DNA from: Alphaproteobacteria bacterium
GTDB taxonomy: Bacteria; Pseudomonadota; Alphaproteobacteria; Rickettsiales; JABDBP01
Direction of reading: 5' to 3'
DNA: 64,000 bases
NCBI GenBank assembly: GCA_013288565.1
Contig: JABDBP010000005.1
Coordinates: 8,746-72,745 of the forward strand
Numbering within the stretch: position 1 is the stretch's first letter; the number at the start of each line of letters is the position of its first letter. A program made the position numbers and the translations under genes. The notes under the pieces were generated by a model. That model ran no database searches and had not been told where the DNA came from. It saw nothing but the letters and a program-made list of their open reading frames with translations. Below, in pieces: positions 1-9,763 of the stretch.

Positions 1-786
1 CAAAAATCCCCTATACATGAATTGGCGGAAGCACATAGAATAGAGGTTTTAACTCCCATTTCGCTGAAAAATCCCGATGAACAGCAAAAATTCGCCGATT
101 TCCAGGCCGATATTGCGCTGGTTGCGGCCTACGGGTTACTGCTCCCCGAACCGATATTGAACGGCACGAAATACGGCTGCGTCAACATCCATCCCTCACT
201 TCTCCCACGCTGGCGGGGAGCAGCACCAATCCAGCGAGCTATAATCGCGGGCGATCCGGAAACCGGTGTCTGCATTATGAAAATGGATAAAGGCCTGGAC
301 ACCGGAGATATATTGGCCATGGAAAAATGCAAAATCCCGGCAAAAATGACCGCCGGGGAATTGCATGGTGCGCTGGCGGAAATCGGCGCTGAACTGGCTC
401 TCAAAACTATAGAAAAAATATCGAAAATCACGCCGATTAAACAGAATGCCTTGGGCGTGGAATACGCAAAAAAAATCACTCGCGAGGAAGAAAAAATCGA
501 CTGGCGGAAGCCGGTGAAAGAAATCGAAGCCTTAATCCGCGGATTGCAGCCGAGACCGGGCGCGTATTTTGAGTATACCGGCGAGCGGATAAAAATAATA
601 GCGGCGGATTTATCCCCGGAAAGCACTGGAAAACCGGCTGGAACAATACTAGACGAAAACCTCTCTATCGCCTCCGGCAGCGGGATTTTGCACCCGCTGA
701 AACTACAAAGGCCGGGGAAAAATATCGTGAGCGCGCGGGAATTTTTGAATGGGTTTCCGATAAAACCCGGTGCAATTCTTTCATAA
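1..786 (+). CDS. fmt: methionyl-tRNA formyltransferase, 5' end outside window
   Basis: Frame is open from base 1 (the listed M at 22 is an internal TTG). Fmt-like motif NIHPSLLPRWRGAAPIQRAI and a typical C-terminal domain. Confidence 0.9.
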   Translation, partial: QKSPIHELAEAHRIEVLTPISLKNPDEQQKFADFQADIALVAAYGLLLPEPILNGTKYGCVNIHPSLLPRWRGAAPIQRAIIAGDPETGVCIMKMDKGLDTGDILAMEKCKIPAKMTAGELHGALAEIGAELALKTIEKISKITPIKQNALGVEYAKKITREEEKIDWRKPVKEIEALIRGLQPRPGAYFEYTGERIKIIAADLSPESTGKPAGTILDENLSIASGSGILHPLKLQRPGKNIVSAREFLNGFPIKPGAILS

Positions 787-1523
787 TGCCCCGCTACAAA
801 ATCACCATCGAATATGACGGAAACGGCCTTGCCGGCTGGCAGCGACAGGATGACCAGCCTTCCGTACAACAGCACATCGAGACAGCGCTGGAAAAATTCT
901 CTGGCGAAAAAGCCCCAGTGTTTGCAGCTGGTCGCACTGATGCAGGGGTTCATGCGTGCGGTCAAGCAGCACATTTTGATTTGGTGAAGGAATTTCCGCC
1001 CCGGCAAATCCGCGATGGAATAAACTTCCACATAAAGCCAGCGGCGATTTCAGTCCTAAGCGCGGAAGAAGTTCCCGATGATTTTCACGCCAGATTTTCT
1101 GCAAAAAAACGTTATTACCGCTACCGCATAATCAACCGCATTTCGCCGCTCACTATTGACCGGGATTATGCCTGGCATATCAAGGAAAACCTGGATGAAA
1201 AAGCGATGCATGAAGCGGCACAAATCCTGGTCGGCAACCATGATTTCACGTCTTTTCGTGCCTCTGAATGCCAGGCGAAATCGCCGGTAAAAACCATCGA
1301 TGAAATCAGCGTTTTGCGCACCGGAGAGGAGGTTTTCATTGGTGTTTCCGCGCTTTCATTCCTGCATCACATGGTGCGTAATATCACGGGAACGCTGCGT
1401 TTGGTCGGCAGCGGAAAATGGAGCGCCGATGATTTGAAAAACGCTCTGTTAGCTAAAGACCGAAGCATGGGTGGCTCCACCGCGCCTGCGCATGGGCTTT
1501 ACTTTATGCGGGTGGAGTATTAG
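786..1523 (+). CDS. truA: tRNA pseudouridine(38-40) synthase
   Basis: 245 aa with TruA-like AAGRTDAGVHA catalytic Asp motif. Start overlaps the fmt stop (TAATG). Confidence 0.9.
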   Translation: MPRYKITIEYDGNGLAGWQRQDDQPSVQQHIETALEKFSGEKAPVFAAGRTDAGVHACGQAAHFDLVKEFPPRQIRDGINFHIKPAAISVLSAEEVPDDFHARFSAKKRYYRYRIINRISPLTIDRDYAWHIKENLDEKAMHEAAQILVGNHDFTSFRASECQAKSPVKTIDEISVLRTGEEVFIGVSALSFLHHMVRNITGTLRLVGSGKWSADDLKNALLAKDRSMGGSTAPAHGLYFMRVEY

Positions 1524-1532
1524 AAATTCCGT

Positions 1533-2123
1533 ATGTTCACCGGAATTATAACCGACATCGGCATCGTAGAAACAGTCGAGCATAACGGGAAAGACACGCG
1601 GCTTGTCATTTCTACCGGCTATGACGTTTTGTTGATCAAAATCGGCGCATCTGTTGCCTGCAATGGCACCTGCCTGACGGTTATGAGCAAGAAAAAAAAC
1701 CTACTGGTTTTTGATGCTTCCTACGAAACATTAAAAAAAACCGCCATTGGCACTTGGAAAAAAGGAGCGCGGGTGAATTTGGAGCAAGCGATGAAAATGG
1801 GCGAGGAATTCGGCGGACATATCGTCACCGGGCATATCGACGGTGTGGGAAAAATAATCTCGCGCAAACCGGCAGGCAAATCGGCGGATTTTTTGATTTC
1901 CTTTCCCGCCAAATTAAAAAAATTCATCGCGGCGAAAGGCTCGGTGGTATTGAACGGTGTCTCGCTCACAGTGAACGAGGTGCAGGGCAACGAATTTCGT
2001 GTCACCATAATACCGCACACGCTGAAACATACGGTTTTCTGTGATTTACAGCCGGGTGAGGCAGTGAGCATTGAAGTCGATATACTCGCCCGTTATGTTG
2101 CGAGAATACTGGAAGTGAAATAA
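1533..2123 (+). CDS. ribE: riboflavin synthase alpha chain
   Basis: 196 aa starting MFTGII. Two lumazine-binding repeats (..CLTV.. and ..GVSLTVNEV..). Confidence 0.85.
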   Translation: MFTGIITDIGIVETVEHNGKDTRLVISTGYDVLLIKIGASVACNGTCLTVMSKKKNLLVFDASYETLKKTAIGTWKKGARVNLEQAMKMGEEFGGHIVTGHIDGVGKIISRKPAGKSADFLISFPAKLKKFIAAKGSVVLNGVSLTVNEVQGNEFRVTIIPHTLKHTVFCDLQPGEAVSIEVDILARYVARILEVK

Positions 2124-2131
2124 ATAAAATA

Positions 2132-3244
2132 ATGCCCCACTCGAAACATCTCTCACCGATCGAAGAAATAATCGCCGACGCGAAGGCCGGGAAAATGTTC
2201 ATCCTGGTCGATGATGAAGCACGGGAAAATGAGGGCGATCTTATAATTCCGGCGGAAAAATCCAATCCCGAAGCCATCAATTTCATGGCGAAACACGGAC
2301 GGGGATTGATATGCCTATCGCTCACCAAATCCCGGGTTTCCGAACTGGGCTTGAAGCTAATGTCGCGCAATAACGCCTCAAGGCATTCCACCGCTTTCAC
2401 CGTTTCCATTGAAGCGCGTGAGGGCGTGACGACCGGAATTTCTTCAGCTGACCGTGCGCAAACCATTGCAGTTGCCATCGATCCGAAAAAGGGTGCGAAG
2501 GATATAATCAGCCCCGGGCACGTTTTTCCACTGGTGGCAAAGGACGGTGGTGTTCTCGTGCGCGCCGGTCATACCGAAGCAGCGGTCGATATTGCCAAGC
2601 TCGCCGGACTAAATCCTTCCGGCGTCATCTGCGAAATAATGAACGATGACGGTACGATGGCGCGAATGCCGGATCTGGTAAAATTCGCAGCTCAACATGG
2701 CCTGAAAATCGCGACGATAGCCGATCTCATCCATTATCGCCGCAAATATGATAAGTTGGTTGAGCGCAAGCTAGAAAGTGTTTTCAAAACTAAATTCGGC
2801 GGCGAGTTCAAATTATTTCTCTATATAAACAACGTTGAATATGCCGAGCATATCGTGCTGGTGAAAGGCGACATTTCTAATGGAAAACCAGCCCTCGTCC
2901 GCATGCACGCGTTCGATATATTGAACGACGCTCTTGGCGATTTATCGACGGGCAAGGCTGGAGAATTGCAGAAATCCATGGAAATAATTGCAGCAGAAAA
3001 TCGCGGTGCGGTGGTGATTCTACGCGAGCCCTTAAAAAACATTCTTTCGGAAACGGTGAAGCAGCGCTATCTCGATCATGAGCCAAAAATTCCCACGAAA
3101 AACTTGCGGAATTACGGTATCGGTGCGCAAATTTTGCTGGATTTGGGCATCAAGGAGATGATACTGCTCACCAATTCGGAACATACGGTGATCGGCCTTG
3201 AAGGCTATGGGCTTTCTATAAAAGGAACTAAGGGCATAAAATGA
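2132..3244 (+). CDS. ribB: 3,4-dihydroxy-2-butanone-4-phosphate synthase fused to a degenerate GTP cyclohydrolase II-like domain (RibBX-type)
   Basis: N-terminal half has the DHBP synthase motifs RENEGDLI and GHTEAAVD. The C-terminal half aligns to RibA but lacks the Cys zinc ligands (HAFDILNDALGDLSTGKAGELQ). Confidence 0.85.
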   Translation: MPHSKHLSPIEEIIADAKAGKMFILVDDEARENEGDLIIPAEKSNPEAINFMAKHGRGLICLSLTKSRVSELGLKLMSRNNASRHSTAFTVSIEAREGVTTGISSADRAQTIAVAIDPKKGAKDIISPGHVFPLVAKDGGVLVRAGHTEAAVDIAKLAGLNPSGVICEIMNDDGTMARMPDLVKFAAQHGLKIATIADLIHYRRKYDKLVERKLESVFKTKFGGEFKLFLYINNVEYAEHIVLVKGDISNGKPALVRMHAFDILNDALGDLSTGKAGELQKSMEIIAAENRGAVVILREPLKNILSETVKQRYLDHEPKIPTKNLRNYGIGAQILLDLGIKEMILLTNSEHTVIGLEGYGLSIKGTKGIK

Positions 3245-3663
3245 AAAAGAAAAAACGAGTTTTGGTAGTCGTTGCCGATTTCTATCCCGATCTGGCGAAG
3301 GAATTGCTGAAAGGTGCGGCAGCTTATTTAAAAAAATCCGGCGTGGAGTATTCGGTGATTGAAGTTCCTGGCGCACTGGAAATCCCGGCCACTATAGCTT
3401 TCGCGGGGAAAAAATATGACGGCTATGTTGCGCTCGGCTGCGTGATCCGTGGCGAGACGGGACATTATGACATCGTATGCAATGAAAGCGCGCGCGGATT
3501 GAATGAGCTCGCAATAACAAAAAAACTTGCGATCGGGAACGGGATTTTGACGGTGGAAAATCTCGCCCAGGCGAAACAGCGCGCCGCCGTAAAAGGTAGA
3601 AATAAGGGCGGTTTTGCCGCCAGGACGGTTTTACAAATGATGCAAATAAAGGAAAAAATTTAA
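3241..3663 (+). CDS. ribH: 6,7-dimethyl-8-ribityllumazine synthase
   Basis: 140 aa with VPGALEIP and GETGHYDIV motifs. ATGA overlap with the upstream gene. Confidence 0.85.
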   Translation: MKKKKRVLVVVADFYPDLAKELLKGAAAYLKKSGVEYSVIEVPGALEIPATIAFAGKKYDGYVALGCVIRGETGHYDIVCNESARGLNELAITKKLAIGNGILTVENLAQAKQRAAVKGRNKGGFAARTVLQMMQIKEKI

Positions 3664-4116
3664 GTGAAGGCACATGGAAAAAGCGCCGCCAGGGTAATGG
3701 CGCTACAGGCACTCTATCAGCAATACGTCACTGGCGAAATCGAGGATAATGATTCAGGCCTGCTCGCGGAAAAAATTTCCGGCATCTATAAAAATAATAA
3801 GGATTTGCGGCTTCCCGCGCCGCCCGACCGTAAATTATTGCGGAAATTAATCGAAGGCGCGCTGAAAAACCGCGAGAAAATCGACGTCATAATCGCCACC
3901 CGCCTGACGAGTGGATGGGATATGGAGCGGTTAGGCCCCACATTGCGTGGAATTTTGCGGTTAGGCATTTATGAGATGACATTCACCACCGCGCCAGTGA
4001 AAGTGATAATCAAGGAATATATCCGGTTGGCCGATGAATTTGTCGGCGTTAAAGAGGCAAAATTCGTGAATGGGATTCTTGATAAAATCGCGCGCGAATC
4101 GCGAAAAGATGGATGA
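3664..4116 (+). CDS. nusB: transcription antitermination factor NusB
   Basis: 150 aa, GTG start, NusB-like helical protein (ARVMALQALYQ, ERLGPTLRGILRLGIYEM). Conserved ribH-nusB-thiL order. Confidence 0.8.
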   Translation: MKAHGKSAARVMALQALYQQYVTGEIEDNDSGLLAEKISGIYKNNKDLRLPAPPDRKLLRKLIEGALKNREKIDVIIATRLTSGWDMERLGPTLRGILRLGIYEMTFTTAPVKVIIKEYIRLADEFVGVKEAKFVNGILDKIARESRKDG

Positions 4117-5065
4117 GTTTTCGCTAATCGAGAAATATTTACGGCCATTGGCGAAGGGCTGTAACGGGGCGTTTTCATTGACCGATGATGCAGCAGCAAT
4201 TGTACCTAAAAAAGGCAATCAATTCGTCATAACCAAAGATGCAATCGCCGAAGGCGTACATTTTCTGCCTGGAACATCGCCAGAATTAATTGCGAAAAAA
4301 CTGGTGCGGACAAATTTATCAGACATCGCCGCAATGGGAGCTAAGGCCAAATACTATCTCATCGCCGCGATGCTGAATTCCAAAATAAACGAAGAATGGA
4401 TTAAAAAATTCGCAGAGGCCCTTGCAGCGGAACAAAAAATTTTCGGCATTCATTTAATCGGCGGTGATACGATAAAAACCAAAGGCCCACTCGCTTTTTC
4501 ACTAACCATGATTGGTGAGGCGAGAAGCGGAAAAGCACTGCAAAGAAGCGGCGCGAAACCGGGTGACGGGATTTACGTATCGGGAACCATCGGCGATGCG
4601 GCGCTGGGAATAAAAATATTGCAAGGTGAAATCACGGTGGCTAAAGCTAAGGAAAAATTTCTTATCGACCGCTATTTGATTCCACATCCGCAGGTGGAAA
4701 TTGGCCAGAAACTGTCTGGAATTGCTTCATCCTGTATCGACATATCGGACGGAATGGCTGCGGATTTGGCTCATATTTGTAAGGTTTCTGGAGTTTCCGC
4801 AATTATCGAAAAGGAAAAAATCCCGGTTTCCAGGGCAGCGCGGGAAATATTGGCAAACCACCCGGAACTATGGAATTCAGTTATTTCCGGCGGCGATGAT
4901 TACGAACTGCTCTTCACTGTCCCACCGAAACGTGAGAAAATGCTCAGTAAATTCAAGAAAATCAGTAGAATAGGCCGGGTCGTCAAAAAATCCGCCAAAT
5001 CATTGAAAATCACCGAAAACGGCCAGGAGATCCGCATAAAAACCGCTGGATATAAACATTTTTAG
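4109..5065 (+). CDS. thiL: thiamine-monophosphate kinase
   Basis: AIR-synthase-like fold motifs (EFSLIEKY, DDAA, NLSDIAAMGA, GGDT, DISDGMAADL). Internal ATG at 4109 preferred over the ORF-track start at 4070. Confidence 0.85.
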   Translation: MDEFSLIEKYLRPLAKGCNGAFSLTDDAAAIVPKKGNQFVITKDAIAEGVHFLPGTSPELIAKKLVRTNLSDIAAMGAKAKYYLIAAMLNSKINEEWIKKFAEALAAEQKIFGIHLIGGDTIKTKGPLAFSLTMIGEARSGKALQRSGAKPGDGIYVSGTIGDAALGIKILQGEITVAKAKEKFLIDRYLIPHPQVEIGQKLSGIASSCIDISDGMAADLAHICKVSGVSAIIEKEKIPVSRAAREILANHPELWNSVISGGDDYELLFTVPPKREKMLSKFKKISRIGRVVKKSAKSLKITENGQEIRIKTAGYKHF

Positions 5066-5120
5066 CTAAAACCACCAAATCTTAATAAATTCTTAACAAT
5101 TTGCCGGTATAATATTCCTT

Positions 5121-5438
5121 ATGAGGAGAATATTGCCCATTGTGCTGCTTGCCGTTTTGGCCTCCTGCAGCCCCAGAACATCCTGGGTGCCGGACGTAAA
5201 TGGCTGGTTCGCACCGACGCCGATGTTCATGCGCAATATACCCGATGGCAACGACAGCTATAGCGTCGGCTTCCGGGACAGCTGCAACACTTATCTCGGC
5301 ATCATCGGCGTCGGTCCAGAGCAGTTGCACGGCTACCAGATTGATAACAGCAGAGTGCTGGTTGATGCAGCATATAACAAGGGAATGCTGGATGGCCGTT
5401 CCTATTGCACGCACTTCCTCGACCCGGCAATAAACTAA
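5121..5438 (+). CDS. small lipoprotein, divergent first member of the tandem paralog array
   Basis: 105 aa. Signal peptide plus lipobox LASC. Retains two Cys at positions comparable to the paralog motifs (FRDSC.., ..DGRSYC). Confidence 0.55.
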   Translation: MRRILPIVLLAVLASCSPRTSWVPDVNGWFAPTPMFMRNIPDGNDSYSVGFRDSCNTYLGIIGVGPEQLHGYQIDNSRVLVDAAYNKGMLDGRSYCTHFLDPAIN

Positions 5439-5439
5439 T

Positions 5440-5745
5440 ATGAAAAAAATATTCACATTATTAACTTTGGCGGCGGCTATTTCGGGCTGCGATCTGACAA
5501 AACCGGTATATTGGGATTTGACACCGCCGGACGGTCCGCCGGAATACCGCCAGGGCTGGGCCGATGGCTGCGAAAGCGCCAGAGATGCCAACGCCGATCA
5601 TTTCAATAAGGCGTTACTGACGGTCAGGCAGGATGCGGATTTGATGAAAAACCCGGTTTACGAGCGCGTATGGCATGACGCCTATAACTATTGCTGGTAC
5701 ATGCAGGAATCGATCTTGAGCAACGGCTGGGGAAATTATAAATGA
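5440..5745 (+). CDS. small lipoprotein, GWxDGC / WxDAYxYC family (uncharacterised)
   Basis: 101 aa, lipobox ISGC. Motifs QGWADGCES and VWHDAYNYC. Confidence 0.7.
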   Translation: MKKIFTLLTLAAAISGCDLTKPVYWDLTPPDGPPEYRQGWADGCESARDANADHFNKALLTVRQDADLMKNPVYERVWHDAYNYCWYMQESILSNGWGNYK

Positions 5746-6068
5746 CGCGGACACTAATTATGTTGTTCATATTCCTGGCGCTGGTTTCCTGCCGCCCGTA
5801 TCCAGGCCCGCCCTGGCAGGATTGGATGTATGACGGCCCTCCGCCGAGTCCGGATGGCAAGCCCTATCCGGATTTGTATGTACACGGCTGGCAGGATGGC
5901 TGCGAGACCGGCACCGCCGGGCAATCAAACCATTTCTACAAGATGTTCCACGGCTGGCGCCAGGATGCGACGCTGGCGCAGAACAAAGTCTATTACCGTG
6001 GCTGGCAAGACGCTTTCGGTTATTGCAGCCGTTATATTCAACAGTATATGAGCCGGCCGTTCTTTTAA
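5742..6068 (+). CDS. small lipoprotein, GWxDGC / WxDAxxYC family (uncharacterised)
   Basis: 108 aa, lipobox LVSC. Motifs HGWQDGCET and GWQDAFGYC. ATGA overlap with the upstream paralog. Confidence 0.7.
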   Translation: MTRTLIMLFIFLALVSCRPYPGPPWQDWMYDGPPPSPDGKPYPDLYVHGWQDGCETGTAGQSNHFYKMFHGWRQDATLAQNKVYYRGWQDAFGYCSRYIQQYMSRPFF

Positions 6069-6075
6069 GGGCGTT

Positions 6076-6513
6076 ATGAAAAAATATTTAGCACTATTGG
6101 CAATAGTTTTTCTCGCAGGCTGCAACAGTTTTGATTCCGATCTGCCCTACAAGCCCGGATTCATGCCGGAATTGCCGAAAGGCTCGCCGGAATTCACCCA
6201 AGGCTGGAAAGACGGCTGCGCTACCGGTCTTTCCGCCTACGGCAATGATATGTACAAAACCGTCTATCGCTACCGCAAAACCCCGGAATATGAAACCAAC
6301 GCGACATACACCGGCGCCTGGCGCGATGCTTATCAATATTGCCGCCAATACGCCAACACCTGGGACAAACAGGTATTCGCTTCGGGGCATTTCATGCCGT
6401 CCGATCCGGAGGATGCCGAAAATCCGTGGCTAGGACATTCCAAGGATGACGAGGAGCCAATGGACAATTTCCTATCATTGCCAACCGCCGGTGGATTTTT
6501 CGGAACCGATTGA
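6076..6513 (+). CDS. small lipoprotein, GWxDGC / WxDAYxYC family (uncharacterised), extended acidic C-terminus
   Basis: 145 aa, lipobox LAGC. Motifs QGWKDGCAT and AWRDAYQYC. Confidence 0.7.
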   Translation: MKKYLALLAIVFLAGCNSFDSDLPYKPGFMPELPKGSPEFTQGWKDGCATGLSAYGNDMYKTVYRYRKTPEYETNATYTGAWRDAYQYCRQYANTWDKQVFASGHFMPSDPEDAENPWLGHSKDDEEPMDNFLSLPTAGGFFGTD

Positions 6514-6514
6514 T

Positions 6515-6898
6515 ATGAAAAAACTACTACTGCTGACGTTTCTATTCCTCGCCGCCTGCATGCCGGGTTTCCCCCCGGTGATGAACCAAGGCCCGCCAAG
6601 CGATGCGCCAAAGGAGATAAAACAGGGCTGGGACGATGGCTGCCAGACCGGCGTGAATACCTATGGCAACGATATCTATAAAAGTTTCTACGGCTACAAA
6701 ATGGATCCGGCGATGATAAATAATAAGGCCTATTACGAAACCTGGCACGATGCCTATAACTATTGCCGCCACTGGATGAACAGTAACCTGCGCAACGGCT
6801 ATTTCGGCGCCGAATATAGTGATGACCTACGCGATACCCGTACTATCAAGCAGGATGGTGGTGGCGCAGGGCTCGTTCCGCCGTTTTTAGGGTGGTGA
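6515..6898 (+). CDS. small lipoprotein, GWxDGC / WxDAYxYC family (uncharacterised)
   Basis: Internal start MKKLLLLTFLFLAAC (lipobox LAAC), 2 nt after the upstream stop. Motifs QGWDDGCQT and TWHDAYNYC. Confidence 0.7.
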   Translation: MKKLLLLTFLFLAACMPGFPPVMNQGPPSDAPKEIKQGWDDGCQTGVNTYGNDIYKSFYGYKMDPAMINNKAYYETWHDAYNYCRHWMNSNLRNGYFGAEYSDDLRDTRTIKQDGGGAGLVPPFLGW

Positions 6899-6911
6899 TC
6901 TAAAAAGGGGC

Positions 6912-7712
6912 CTAGCTCTTCAATATTTTTCCCTCCTTATTTAACTTCATCGCCTCTTCTAAACTCCCCGGCAGTTTCGGCGATTTATATTGCGGTTCAT
7001 AGGCGTTGCCATAGATTTTTTCCGGCGGATTTATACTATTTGTTATCCCATAATGCGCACCCGCGAGAATCTCTGTGATCGCTGCGAATGGATCGGCATC
7101 AGCGCCGGGAACACGGTGTTCGATATGCCGGTTTTCCGGGGAAGCGGTGCTTTCGGGGATTCTGATCGCCACCGTGCGGTTATTCCCGCCCCAGCAGATT
7201 TTCGTCGGTGCGTTGTCATAGGTTTCACATTCAGAATTATAACCAGCAACGAATCTCTTATAGCTTTCCGCATTCGGCGCAAAATAAACCATCGATTCCG
7301 GCATGGCAGCCAGCAATCCGCCGATTGCATATAACATCTCCAGGGCTTCCTCACCCTCACGCTTGGCAAAAATATTTTTTCCGGAACCATCCAGTAGCGA
7401 TAAATGAATGTGCAACCCACTACCTGGGTGATTTTCATAGGGCTTGGCGGAAAAATCGGCTTTTAGTATTTTTTTTATTTTTACGATGTTTTCCGCAAGT
7501 GCCGTTATGTCCGGGGTCAACGGTAAGGCTATTTCAAATTGGTTCGGCCCCTTTTCCCGCTCGATTTTTATGACGGGAATTTTGTTTGCACCAAGTTTTT
7601 CCTGGATAGTTTCTGGAGTTTCAACATCGGAATAAAACTCCAATTCCGCCGCCATTATGGGAATAAGGACGATGTCGGATTTTATTTTTTTGACTATTTT
7701 TTTTATAACCAT
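6912..7712 (-). CDS. glutamine synthetase catalytic-domain-like protein, unusually short with no N-terminal beta-grasp domain
   Basis: 266 aa. GS motifs AAELEFY, PGSGLHIHLSL, NNRTVAIRIP and HIEHRVPGADADPF. The only sequence upstream is a 117-bp spacer. Confidence 0.6.
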   Translation of the reverse strand: MVIKKIVKKIKSDIVLIPIMAAELEFYSDVETPETIQEKLGANKIPVIKIEREKGPNQFEIALPLTPDITALAENIVKIKKILKADFSAKPYENHPGSGLHIHLSLLDGSGKNIFAKREGEEALEMLYAIGGLLAAMPESMVYFAPNAESYKRFVAGYNSECETYDNAPTKICWGGNNRTVAIRIPESTASPENRHIEHRVPGADADPFAAITEILAGAHYGITNSINPPEKIYGNAYEPQYKSPKLPGSLEEAMKLNKEGKILKS

Positions 7713-7742
7713 AAAACAATTTATATGAGGGGAATTCTAGGA

Positions 7743-7801
7743 GTTTTTAATTTTTAAACCGGAGCGTAGCAGCGCTACGTGAGGACTTAAAAATTAAAAA
7801 C
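7743..7801 (-). terminator. long imperfect palindrome downstream of ilvC (putative terminator)
   Basis: Outer arms tttttaatttttaa / ttaaaaattaaaaa enclose an inner cgtagc-agc-gctacg stem. Lies between the ilvC stop (7830) and the next gene start (7712). Confidence 0.5.
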
Positions 7802-7829
7802 GACGACGAAATCACCCATAGAAATCGTT

Positions 7830-8888
<1,059 letters not shown>

Positions 8889-8926
8889 CTAGAATCCGGA
8901 AACTGGAGATTTCTAGTTTCAAGTCT

Positions 8927-9454
8927 CTAATCTCCGATCTTCTCCATTCCCCGTGAAATCGCTGTAACACCGGTTCTGCTCAGTTCTATCAACCCCAGCG
9001 GCTTCATCAAATCAATAAACGAATCCAGCTTATGTGGCTGCCCGGTGATTTCAAAGACGAAAGATTTCGGCGTGGCGTCGACGACGCGGGCACGGAAAAT
9101 CTCGGCCATACGCAGCACCTCGACACGTTTTTCCCCACTGCCGACAACTTTTATCAGCGCCAATTCGCGCTCGACGAATTCCCCTTCGTCGGTCATGTCA
9201 CGCACTTCATGTACCGGAACCAGCCGGTTCAGCAACGCTTTTATCTGGTTGATTATTTTCGCCGAGCCGCTGGTGACGATGGTGATGCGGGATAAACTCT
9301 CAGCCTTCTCGGAAGCAACTTCCGCCACGGTCAGGCTTTCGATGTTGTAGCCGCGGCCGGAAAACAGCCCTATAACGCGCGCCAGCACGCCGAATTCGTT
9401 ATCAACCAGCACGGCAATGATGTGCCGCGATGGGGTTTCTTGGAGTTTTTTCAT
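8927..9454 (-). CDS. ilvH: acetolactate synthase small (regulatory) subunit
   Basis: ACT domain HIIAVLVDNEFGVLARVIGLFSGRGYNIESLTV plus a C-terminal AHAS-small domain. Start taken at MKKLQ. Confidence 0.85.
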   Translation of the reverse strand: MKKLQETPSRHIIAVLVDNEFGVLARVIGLFSGRGYNIESLTVAEVASEKAESLSRITIVTSGSAKIINQIKALLNRLVPVHEVRDMTDEGEFVERELALIKVVGSGEKRVEVLRMAEIFRARVVDATPKSFVFEITGQPHKLDSFIDLMKPLGLIELSRTGVTAISRGMEKIGD

Positions 9455-9763
9455 AAATATCAAAAACTTACGATAAGGAGGGGCATGATAATTAACCTGT
9501 TAAAGTAAATCAATTTTTATTTTTTCTTCTAAAATCAACCTGTTGTTAATCCCTTTGGTTTATCAGTGCAATTTCTGCACACACAAGAACATTGGAGAAT
9601 TATAAAATGGTGGGAAATAATCGATAGGCTCCGAACCGAATATTATAGGGATGTCATCCTGGGTTATGCCTGGTTGAAGACTCATCAGTTTGTAGGTATC
9701 TGATTTCCCATCACTCAAATACCGAAAGGGTTCTGCGCTGTGATAGTTGGAATTGGCAAATTC

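Noticed and set aside
129-1031. 300-aa minus-strand ORF overlapping fmt and truA. Similar long antisense ORFs occur at 2002-2478, 5082-5591, 24349-24852, 35276-35809, 37570-38022, 39233-39676 and 53104-53628.
   Set aside because: Each lies fully antisense or out of frame to a gene with clear family motifs. They have odd composition (Ser/Arg/Pro/Ala-rich) and no recognisable motifs, so they are shadow ORFs.
1524-1532. FMN riboswitch upstream of the rib genes.
   Set aside because: truA and ribE are separated by only 9 bp, and the other rib genes overlap or abut. There is no room for an aptamer in this window.
5066-5120. A sigma70-type promoter (TATAAT at about 5108) upstream of the lipoprotein array.
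   Set aside because: A -10-like hexamer is present, but I found no -35 element at acceptable spacing, so it was left unannotated.
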